Assembly (NCBI GenBank): GCA_001761425.1
Contig: CP012986.1
Span: 420,001 to 452,000 of the forward strand
Source: Candidatus Saccharimonadota bacterium
GTDB taxonomy: Archaea > Nanohalarchaeota > Nanosalinia > Nanosalinales > Nanosalinaceae
DNA: 32,000 nucleotides
Reading direction: 5' to 3'
The notes beneath the pieces were generated by a model. The model saw only the letters and a list, made by a program, of their open reading frames with translations, had not been told where the DNA came from and ran no database searches. The translations under genes were made by a program, and so were the position numbers. This document shows positions 12,201-24,200 of the stretch, one piece after another; position 1 is the stretch's first letter; the number at the start of each line of letters is the position of its first letter.

Positions 12201-15200
12201 AGTGTCTCCAGTCGTTGATTGGATAGCCCAGCTGTTCTCCATACCTCTTGTCCGCCCAGTGAGGCCACCAGCGTGTTCCGTTAACATCAAAGGCGACTGC
12301 GCCACTTTCCTCAAGGACGATGTCCCATCCTTTGTCTGTACCTGAACTGCTTGAACCTTTGTATGCAAAACTCCTCCAGTTATTGCCGGAGCTGCAGGTT
12401 AAGTTTCTATCCAGCTTAAACCATGTGGAGAAGGTTAAGGAACTGGTGTTCAGATCGGAGGATCTGCTGACTTCAATAGATTGATTCCTTCCGTTCAGGT
12501 TTATCGCACTTGTTTCCGCAATTCCTTTAGAGACAATTTCTGAACCGTTGTATAAAGTTGCGCTGTTTCCTTCACCAGAGTAGTCTTGTACGATCCCGCC
12601 CGATCCAGATACATCTTGATCAAATCTCCAGAAACCAACAAGTCTGTCGCCACTGGAACCATCTTGTTTACCGAGACCTAGATTGCCTGAATTAGCGTTT
12701 CTATCTGTAGACAGACCCTGGTAGTTTCCTCTATCCCAGTCCCCCTGTGTCGAAATTTCTTCAATTATGGCCCCATCATCTGCTTTCAGAGTTAGTGAAT
12801 CTATTACTGCACTTCCTGTAGCACTGTCTGATGCCATATTTATATCCAAAGAAGCAGAACCACTCGTGCCTGAAAATTCTACAGGATAGGTGTCGATACC
12901 AGGACTTAGCTCTATAGTTTTTGTCCTCGAGCCATCATCAACTGTAATAGTGGCCTCGTTGTAAAGCTCTTCCTTGAAATCGATTTCAGGAGGCTCGTTG
13001 TCAATCTTTACCTCTTTCTCGTAGACTTTGTCATTACTTACTGTATCTGAGGCCTTTACTGTGAGCATGTAGTATCCGTCGGCGAGGCCTGTCGTATCTA
13101 CGTTGGTTGAGAACTCGTTTCCTGAGGTCTGTGGCAGGTTTGCAAAGCCTTTTCCGATACTTGTATAGTTTCCTGAGCTGTTGCTGAATGCGTACTGTAC
13201 AGAACCTGAGTCTAGGTTTGAAGGCCCTAGATTGATGCTGTCGAAGTACGTGTCGTAGGCGTTTGAGGCAGTTCCGCCCATATCTCCTCCATCCAGCTGT
13301 ACTGTGATAGTATCTGCGTTTTCAGGTACTTTGAATCCTGTTGTGACATTTGCCATTCCGCTGTCATCAAGGTAGTGGGAGGCCCATACTCCTTTTTCAT
13401 CTTTGATTAGGCCTCCTGAACTGTTCCAGACCTTTATGTGGAATCTTGAGTCGTCCTCTCCTCCGTATTGTTTGTATGTCTCTTTACTCTGGTCATCTTC
13501 AACTTGCATACTGTCTCCATCACCGAAGAGGTCTCCTCGGAAGTCTACAGATTTCCCTGCGATTCTATTGACTTTCTCTCCTGTGATATTATTCTGTGCT
13601 GTAGTTGAGGGATAGACACCGCCGTCGAAGAACGCACAGTATGTCTGGCCGTCTCCATCGTCGTCCGTACAATAGCTTTGAGCTGAACTGCTCGCTGTTC
13701 CACCGCTTAGTGAAGTCTCAGCAGTACATAGATATTCATCATATGAGTAACCGGCGTTAGGTAAGTCGTTATAGTCACTGATATATCCTGAACTGTCGAA
13801 ATTCTGCCATCCTAACCATGTATCTGCATCGTAGTCTCCACTAGGTTCTGCGGCATCTACTCCGGATGCCGCCCAGAAACTCTCTCCTATAGTGTTTTGC
13901 CATCCATTTGTGCCTCCTCCGTACAGGTTGTCATTTCCTAATGCATCTGTTCCGTAGTCCTCTGATTTTAAGCTATAATCTTTGTGAGCATCGAAATCCT
14001 CTGGAGGGCTATCGGCAGATGTAGTTCCATCTTCGCCGTCTAGTGGGTAATGTATTCCGAGCGGTCCTGGACCACCAGGAGCATCCCAGTTACTTGGCGA
14101 ATAACCGTACTGGTTAATGATGTAGTTTACTCCCACATCATACTCGCTGGGTCCACGAGGAGTCCACAGCTCTAGGCCTTTTCCAGTACAAGTATTAGAC
14201 TGGCCTACCGTGCTTGTATTCATTCCGTCTTGGACATAGTAGAATGTATATACATCGGATACTGGGCCTCCGCTTTCTACAGGATTGTTTGGATTTGGAT
14301 TCATTTCACAGTATGCGTTAAATGGGTCATTGCCGCCGCGTCCATCAGGATCTATCTCATAAGTGCCGCTGGTCGTTGTACCTTGTGAATAGATACTGGA
14401 GCATGTGTAATTGTAATCGCTAGACTGAAGGATCTGCCCAGTGTTCGTGAATGTCCATTGGCTAGAATTCCCGTCTTCGAAGTCTCCGTTAGGTACTTCT
14501 GGAGGACTGTCCGTCACCTCTGTATCAAGTGTTACTGTACCGGAGAAGTTGGTGTCCTGGTTCTGCAGTGTGACATTCGGTGCAAACTCGTCTACAGTCA
14601 CTTCGACGTAGTTCTGTTCAAAGTTCAGGTTTTCATTTCCAAGTGTGTCATTTGCGTACACAAGGTATTGAGTTGAGGCATTAGGTGATACCTGGCAGCT
14701 TCCATCGAACTCACTGTCGTCACAGACCACGTTCATGCTGTCGTTTTTGAAGTCTTTCATAGTGACTAGCATCGACGAATCCAGGTGATCTTCCTTATCG
14801 TCTACTGTTGCACTTACAGTTACAGTTTCTCCTGGGCTGATTGTCTGGTCGGATGAAAGGCCTGTGATCTCTGGATGATTACTGTCCACGGATAGCTGGA
14901 CTGTTTCAGTGTCGTTGGTGTTTTCAGCACCGTCAATCGCGTGGAATCTGTAGTTGAATGTATCAGTTTTATCTGGAGCATTTATCGTACACTCATAGGT
15001 GTCTCCACCGGTGTTTGAGAAACTACTGTTGCTGCAAACAGTATTCCCTGTATCTTCTCGTGTCACATACGTATTGTCGAGAGCGTTGTCTGTTACATCT
15101 GCTGAGAAAGTTACTTCATCTCCGTTTTTAACTAGGCTAGGTGTTACCTGCTCGTTTTTCACATCGGGGATTGATGTATCTACTGTATAGGTTGCAGTCG

Positions 15201-18200
15201 CTTCATCAAATGAGCTGGCTCTTTTTTCGGTCACATTTACAGTTATTGTTTCATCGCTGACGTCTTGGTCACTTGTGCTGTCAGCTACTGTCGTTGCTTC
15301 ATATAGTGCCCATCCCTGTACATTGTCACTGGTTGATGGGCTGCCTACAGACTTTCCATCTACGATAATAGACTCAACAGATTGAGGATCATTTCCTACG
15401 TTTATGCCTGAGATGTTTATGTCTACGTTCAGATCTTGGTTCTTCTTTCTTGGATCGGAGCCCTCTATTGTAAGATTTTCGATTGTTGCTACAGTAGTAT
15501 CTTCGAATACGTTGATAGATCGGCTTGTGGTATCGTCAGTTTCTGAAGTTGTATCTGAAGCTCTTATCTTGTATGTACCGTCATTGTCGATATTTTCTGT
15601 TGTTGAAAAAGTACAGTAAGTCGTACATGTGCCAGAGGTTGTCGTCATTGAGGCTACTAAGTTATTATCCTTGTCAAGGAGGTCAACACTGTCCAGGTTC
15701 CCGTCAATGTCTCTGACCTGAGCTGTGAAGGTTACGTCTGCCGTATCTGGCTGGAAATAGTTGGGATTGGCGTCTACTGAATTTATCTCCGGCGAGCTTG
15801 CATCGTTGTTATAATCCGGACAGACCCCAGGTTCCTCATATTTGTCATCTTCGATTCCGTCAAAGTTACATCCTCCAGCGTATTCATCTGAGTAGGCCGA
15901 ATGGTTTGCGTAGTAGGCCTTATCATCTTCGTAAAGACTGCTGCTCTCATCTCTGAACTGGTCGTACTGAGTCTGGTTCATTGAGGAGTCAGCTGATTCG
16001 TTCACCCAGTATCTGTCAGGAAGATTGTCGTATCCACAGTCTGGAGGTGCTGAGACTACTGTCTCACCGTCTTCACATTCTCCGTTGATATTGACATCTC
16101 CTTCTCCGCTTCCCAGGCTTTCGTATACTGTGTACTTTCTGTTATCGGTTGCGAAGGGATCTTCTCTTGCCCAATCTTCCTCATTAGGACCAGGTTCAGC
16201 CCAGACTTTGAAAGTGTAGTTCTCTCTGTATTCTTCGTTGGAAAAGTTGAACTGGAATTTTGCCACGTCTTGATCTCTATAGTAGTCATCTCCCTGACTT
16301 AGGTCTTTGTTAGCTGAGTCCGAACAGTTTAGACAAGTCGCATGGAAGATGCCGTCAAACCTTCCAGGCAGGCTTTGTGTTGTATTGTATTCAAAGAAAC
16401 GTGCTGTGAGATTGAATATGTCTTTATCACCTGTTTCTCCCTCCAATGATGTCGGCGCACTTATTTCGGTTTCGATCCTTGCTCTCATGTCGTGTTGGAT
16501 TCCTACTCTGTCCTCTCTGTCTCCTTCGAACTGGCCGTTAATGTTTCCCTTCGCACCGTCTTCTTGGTGGTGTACTGCTGAACAGCCTGTGAATCCTCTT
16601 CTATACTGGTTTCTGGCTACTTCGAAATATTCTTTTTCTGCATTTAACCATACGAGCTCCTTTCCATGTATGTTGTAGTAACCAGTGTTGCCCATTCTGA
16701 TCCAAGAACTCAGTGAACCAGTCTTAGGTCCAGAAGAGATGGCACTGCTCCAGTCAAATGTTCCGCTCCCCCATCCATATGCAGGATCATCATTACTGTT
16801 TGCACATCCATCTTCCTGAAGTTTCCAGATAATCTCGTCAAGCTCTTCTTCTGGTATCTCATTGCCATTCATATCCTCTACAGTCGCTGAGAACGTGAAG
16901 TTGTCCATCTGGTAGGTGTCTTCCCAAGCAGTGGGATCATTCATCGTAATATTGAGCGTACCTCTCACATCCAGAGGCCTTGTCACCGGATCAGGCTCGA
17001 ATCCGTCTTCTGGATGTGTCGCATTGATTTTGAGGTCGTATGATCCAACAGGGAATTCTCCTCTCGGGTTCCAGGATGTGTGTGCTAGGTATTCGTCCCA
17101 CCAGGTGTTTTCGTTATCGTTTCTTGCGTTCTCGAATTCTGTCAGGTTCACGTCGTCTTCTCCGATCTTCTCGGTTATCTGCTGTCCGTCGTCGCTTGTA
17201 CCGGTTATCCAGAATTTTACGGTAGAGTTTTCGACCTCGTATTTTTCATCGCTGTCAGGGAAAGGTGTGGTGACGTTCCCGGCTACATAAAGCTTCTCAG
17301 GGTTCTTCCAGGGGCCTCCATTCCTGTAAACTGCTCTATTTGGAAGATTATCAAAGTTATTGCCATTAGCGTTTTCCTCGTTGTTGTCTCTGTACGATGC
17401 GGAGATATTCAGTACATCAGGGATTACGAGAGTCTTGTTGGCCTGTGTAGGATTTTCTGTTTCGTAGTAAGAACCTGGAGCATCTTCAATATTTACGCCT
17501 GTATCATAAGCTCCTTTTTCAAAGCCTGAAGGATCCCAGTAGAACGTAGCAGTGCCGTCTCCATCAGTTTCTGCAGTGTAACTGTTTCCAGCAATCCAGT
17601 AATTTACGGTGTAACCTGATTTGTCTTCTATTCCTGGGATGCTGATGTTAGCCCTGATAGGATTACTTGAGTTAGGCTCAACGTATTTGTACGGGTCATA
17701 GGCCTTTATACTGGTCTTTCTTTTTGAAGTAACATTTGCCTTGTCTGAATCAGTCTGAAGGTAAGGGTGCTTGGCTACAACGGAGATATTGCCGGGACCG
17801 TAGGCATAGCTCGGAACAATCCAGGAACTAACTCTTTTAGAGCTGATCACTCTCTCAGTATCGTTGTCTCTGAACTGCCAGTTGTAGTTAATATCCATGG
17901 AGTCTTCATTCCCTGTAGCAGTGTTTATGGAAGATCTCAGGTCAATCTCGTCCTGATAGAATATATCTCCTCCTGCAGGATCTTCTAAAGTAACTGAGGC
18001 CTCGTCTATGAAGTCTAGGGCCTTAGATTCTTTTTCCTGAAGGATTGTTGTGTTGATGCTTGAGGTATTCTCAAGTTCTGCCTGTACTGTATGTTCTCCT
18101 GGTTTGTACTGGCTTCCAAGGTTTACAGTGGTGTTTGCGGAGGCCTGACTGTCCGTACTTTGTTCCTTCACCTTGTTTCCGTCTACTTTCCATGTTATGT

Positions 18201-21200
18201 TGAAGTCGCTCCAGGTCTCGTCGATCGTTGATTCGTTGGCGTCGATTCCGTCTCCTGTGACTATTTCTGCAGCGAAGTTGTAGTCGTAGTTGCCTCCGCT
18301 TGTTCTTGTCTTGTCTGTGAGGCCTTCTGTGACGTTGATGTTGATTACTCTCTCAATCAGGATTTTTTTGGTGTCTAGGCCTCCTCTGTAGTAGTAACTG
18401 TCTCCGTAGGCTGAGATGTTGGTTTCTCCTGTGTAGCTTTCAGGGATTGACCAGCTGGCTGAGGGCCCGCTGCTGATGAGTTTGCTTGTGTCCTTGTCGC
18501 TTGCGTTCCAGATGATGTCTTGGCCGCTGACATTTGGATCGGTTCCGCATGACGTGTTCAGATCTGTTTCTAGTGCGACATCGTCTCCCTGTTGGTAGTT
18601 GATACCGGATTCTGCGCTGTTCTCAGGATTTGAAACCTCTACCAGGAGATCGGCGATGAGATCGATGTTCCCCGAGTCTCCGTTGTTGTAGACTTCGTAT
18701 CTTGGATCATTGCTCGAGATATTGACGTCTACAGTGTATTCCTGTGGATCGCGGGTGCAGACAGGATCCCAGTTTAGAGAGGCTCTTCCACTGTCGGTTG
18801 ATGCGTCTTTTCCTAGTTTGTTCTCGTCTATGTAGTATGAGGCGTCTATGTTTGCGTCAACATTGCTTCCAGAGGGATTGATGGCTTCTGTGGTGAGAAG
18901 GCCTGTCTCATCTCTGAAGTATTCGTCTCCGGTCGAGATGAACTCTGGTCTGATAACGTTTTTGATGAAGAACTGCCCTGCGTTTGTTGTCGTTGATTCG
19001 TATCCTGATCTGGATGCTGTAAGGCCCCAGGAACGGTTTCCTACGCTGGATAGAGTGTCTGGGTCGAATGTACAGCTGTAGTTACCTGAACCGGTGCTTG
19101 AAGGGTTACAGTTTCCTGAAGGTGTGTCAAAGCTTACTGTTGCATCGCTTATGTTGTTTCCTAGCTGGTCTTTGACTTTGGCCTTGAGTTCGGTTGTCAG
19201 GTTGTATGATCCCCTTGTCTGGGAGTTGTTTTTGTAGACGTCTTCTGTTTCATAGATTTCAGTCGTAAGACTTCCTCTTACTTCTCTCGTATATGTCTGG
19301 GTAAGGTCTTCGTATCCATTTTTCTCTAGGACGATTTTTACTTCGTGTTCTCCTATTGTAGACGCAGCAGGGATATCGAATGAACCTGTGTCAGTATCAT
19401 CTATCGTTCTCTCTTTCTTTTTGATCCCATCTAGGTAAACAGTGTAGGTTACGTTGTCTATATTGTTGCCATTGCTATTGATGTTTGAAATCGAGTATTT
19501 CGGGGTTGTTGTGCCTTCACTTCCGTTAAAGCGGAAGTAAGGTCCGTTGTCCAGGGTGACATCTGCCTCGATTTGGGATTCTACTGATATGTTTGCAGAT
19601 TTTTCCTGTTCGTAGACATAGTCAGAGTCCTGGACTGAAATGTTCCATTTGTAGGTGCCTGTGGACAGATCGGTTGAAGGATTGTACTCGCAGAAGTACT
19701 GGTTTGCTTCACTGTACTTTTCCAGGCACTGGCCATCAGGAGTATTGAAACTAACTTGATCTACAGAGATGTCGTTACCTCTCATATCTTCCAGAGTAGC
19801 TGTAAGGTTATCATTTTCCCTAGTCTCCAGAGAAGCATTGATATTGCCGTTGACATCTACATCAGTTGAATAGGAGAACTGCTTGTACCCGTCTTTATCA
19901 ATGATAATTTCCGCATTCACAAGCCCCACGTCCTCGTTTTGAGCAACAGAGAGGTTCTTGGCAAGGCCTCCGGAGTCAACTCTGCCGGTTTCGTCCGGAT
20001 CATCGAGCGAGAATGTGTACGAGACGTTGTCTAGAGGCCCGCTGTCGTCTCTGATATCTGTTACGTTGTATTCTACCTGGCCAGGGCCTTCAGCTCCGTT
20101 GTACCGGTAAACTGTCAATGGCTTGATACTGGCATCTGCCACTATTCCTGTACCGATAGTGATCTGGCCGTTTGCATCTTCTTGTCTGTAGTTCTTTCTT
20201 TCCGCATCAACACTCCAGTTGTACGTTCCTGATGAGAGACTGCTGTCAGGACTATATTCGCATCTGTAAATGTTTCCATCCTGGTATGTCTCACGGCAGT
20301 AGCCTGAAGGTGTCAGGAAATCTACTGATGCATCGTCTATCTTTGTACCGTCACTACTCTCCAGTTCAGCACTCAGGTTTACCACGTCATCTTCCGGGAA
20401 TACCGTGGCCTTACTGGTCGAGAAAGATGGCTGGATAAGGCCCAAGATTGTTATGTTGGTTACAAACGTTTCATTGTTGAAATTTTCCTTCTCCAGAGTG
20501 ATATTTAGCCGACTGTCTCCAAGAGGATCGGTTTCCTGGATCCCAAAGCTACCTTCCTTACTGCTATCGCTTATATTTCCTTCTGGAAGATTGTCTATGT
20601 AAGGCCATGAAAGATCGTAACTCGGATTTACAGGATTGCCCAGGTCGTCCCGGATGTTGGTATAGTTGTAATTCAGAGTCCCGTTCTGGATACTGGAGTA
20701 CTGATGATCCAGACCACCGTACTTGAAGACCTCAGTTGAAGGAAAGTTCCTGTCCAGAGAGAAGTTGCCGAGAAGAGTGAAGTTCTCTGTGTCAGTACTG
20801 CTCAAATCATAGTAATTATCAGGGTCAAAGGCCTGAATACTCCAGGAATGATTACCAAGATCCATGTCCAGATCACTTAGCTGGAAATTACAGTAACCGC
20901 TCGAGTTAGGATTCACAATATCATAGTCCGACCCGTCAATGTAGAGGGAACAGAAAACGTTGGAGTTGCTGGAGGTCAACACCTGATTATCCTCTGTATC
21001 GTTAACCTGTGCCGAGATAAGGCCTTTCTCCCCTGTCCGGTCAAGTTCAAGGCCTGAGCCTGAAGTTACCGTGGTCTCTGTAGGGTGTGGGGATACTGCG
21101 AATGATTGAGTGCTGGAGTTTTCCGAACCGTGTATTCTGCCTGATTCATCATAGTCGTAATACTCCACTTTGTATTCTACTGTTCCTGTCCAGCTCTTGT

Positions 21201-24200
21201 CTGTAGGAAGATTCAGGACCACACTATCCGTTGCCTGGCCTGAGGTCTGTCTGCTCTCAATTTTCTGCCATCCGGAACCGTTATCCGCCCACAAGGTAGC
21301 GTTCACTTCGTCTCCTTCGTCATCGGTGAATGTCGCAGAGATCTCGAATTCTGTCCCCCAGGGGCCTGAGGAAGGATCAGCACTTACATCTTCTACATCT
21401 GGCGCGATATTCGTTATACCGCCGATCCTGTAATCTGTAACGTTGTGAGAGGCCTTTGAATTACCGATCTCCGGTTGAATTAATCTGAACTCCTCTATGT
21501 TTCCATCGCTTCCATATGCTTTGCATACAGACCAGTTTCTCTCATCTCCTGATACGTTCTTGAACTCTTCACAGCCAGCTTTTTCTGGAGTTATACCTGT
21601 GTAAGTGCCGTTATCGTTCCAGTCCACTTCAAGGAAAGCATCCTCTACAATCCTAGAGCCGTTGACAGGGATGTGAACTGTTATGTTTTCAAATCTGGTA
21701 TCTGTCTTTTCTGTCGTCCTTGATACAGTTACGTTTCTCTCAGCCGGTGAAGTGCCGCTCAGATCTCCTTTCGTCACATTTACAGGTGAGGCCTCCTTGG
21801 TGTTATCATACCAGATATAGTCAGAAGACCTTGGCCTGGCAAACTCGAATCTCCAGAATGCCTCGCTGTCCGGAAGCAGTATTGAAGGCCCTCCATCGTT
21901 CTTGAACTCTCTACCGTTGAACACGACTTTCTGGCCGTCAGCAACGTTTTCTTCCGCCCAGATTCTGTTAATCTTCATTGACTCCGCAGGCGTTTTTGTG
22001 TAGTTAATTCTGTCTGCTTCATACATTATCATGTCTTCACTGCTGAAGCCTTCGGTCTCTGCCCATCTTGTGATCCCGCTCTCATAGTCATAAGTCCTGG
22101 AAACGTTGTAACTGTAACTGACCTCAGGATCAGAGACCCTGACAAGGCCTCCTGAATCAGAGCTAAATGTAAAAGGTACATCACAGGACTGGCTCTCACA
22201 GTTCGAAAGCACGTTATTGAATTCATCCGTCAAGGCCTGACCGTTCACAATTGAGGAACCTATGAAAAGGCCTGAGCCAGTCCATTCATCTCCGTTTCCG
22301 CCTATATCTATTCCAAGGTTCTGGGGGAGGTTGTAGAAGTTCAGGACACTGCTCCCGGATGTCGAGATACCGATCTCATCTCCTTCAGCATCACGTATAT
22401 CTCCTCTCTCAAGCTCTTCAACGCCGTTAGATCTCTGGTACTGTTCTATTACCTGTCCGCTGGAGTTCATTAAGGTAAGGCCTCCATTACCAAGGCCTGC
22501 GAGTACTTCAGGTCCCGGAGACTTCGAGATATTACCTGATTCAAGACTTTTCACTTCATCGCCAAGACTCTGGTTCCACAGCACCGTCAGGTTGCTGTCA
22601 AGCGCTATAACGTTTCCAGAGTCCGTACCTGTGATTATCTCATCGGAGGAACTTTCCTGTATATCCTCTAGAGTAGTGGATCTGAACCAAGAGGAACCGT
22701 CAACAGGGAAGCTCTCGATCAAGTTTCCTGTAGAATCAATGACCTCAATACTGTCTCTGGTGCCGACAACAACCTCATTACCCGTACTGCCAGGGATCAC
22801 GTTCCCTATATCCACGGAAGAAGTCCTCACATCCGTGCTGTAGTTCCAGAGCTGGTTTCCACTGCTGTCAAGGGCCACAATAACTGAAGGATAACGGGAA
22901 ACGACGATCTCATCACCTACTGTAGAACCGAAGAACTCAACACGTGTCATAAGACCTCCGGAAAGCTTCTCATACCCGTTACTGTACACGTAGGAATCAG
23001 CTCCTGAGTTCTCATCTACGAGAACGTTAAAGGCCTCCGAAGAACTGTTCTCCAGGAAGTAAGTGATGTTTTCATCCTCTGCCAGATCATCGCCGTCAAC
23101 AAGAGTCCTTACAGTATCGTAGGCCAGGCTCGTGTTACTCCAGACCCGGGCGTCCGCACCTGAGGCCTTATCTGTAAACCTGTCCGTACTGGATGTCTCC
23201 AGGCCTGAGGAAGGATCAAGGCCCAGGTAGTAAGAGGTTTCACCGCAGTTCTCACAGCTCAGTGTAGCGTTATCCGAGTTCAGGTCGTTTTCGTCTACCT
23301 GTATCTCTGTCAACGAGTAATTGATAGGTCTTTCCTCAGCTCGGATTTTGTATTCTCCTTCCAGACTGTTTCCTCCACTGTAAGAGTCTCCCTGTGTATC
23401 GTTGTCGTACAGGATGTTGTAACTGTCTATACTGGATAAGGTGATGTTTGTGTTTCCATCAATATCCGAGCTGTTTACTCTTGTGTATGCGGTCTCAGAT
23501 TTTAGGGATGTGTTCGTCCAGACCCTTGCCATGTAGTCGTTTCCGATAAGCTCTTCTCCTGAGCCATTGTTGTAGTACGAGTGACCGCTACTTCCGTCTT
23601 CGGTCAGCAGACGGTAGTTTTTAGAATCAGAACAGCTTTCACAGCCGAACGAGATATTATTTCCTGTTTCAAGGGCCGAGTCCGGTACTGAGGCCTCAGT
23701 CCAGTCGTATTCCAGGGATGAGTTAGTGGTTACGTTTACCATGTAATCATAGGGTACTTCTACCTGCTGGGTTCCGTTAAGAAACTCTGAGTAGGCTCCG
23801 CCTGTGGAATCGTCGCCTCCCAGTTCGTAGTAGTCGGTAGAGTTACAGCTATCACAGTTGAATAATATCTGGTCTTCGCTAAACTGGCTTGGAGGAACAT
23901 CTGCACTCGCTGTTGTAAAGGAATCGTTGCAGGAGACGATATCCGTAGTATTCATTTCGTACGTTTCATCATCTACTCCTACACCGGTAAACTGGAGGCC
24001 TGAAGGATCTCCCACAGCACAGACTGGGGCCTCTAATTCTGCCTTTTCAGCCTCAAAGCTGGAGACATCTAATGCAGAAAGATCAAATATAGGAGATCTG
24101 GATTCAGAGTCGTTACACCCAACACAGGCAGAGTCATCGACACCAGAATCATGAATCGATCTGGTATCAACGCTGGAGGCCTTGATCTTTGACTTGTCAA

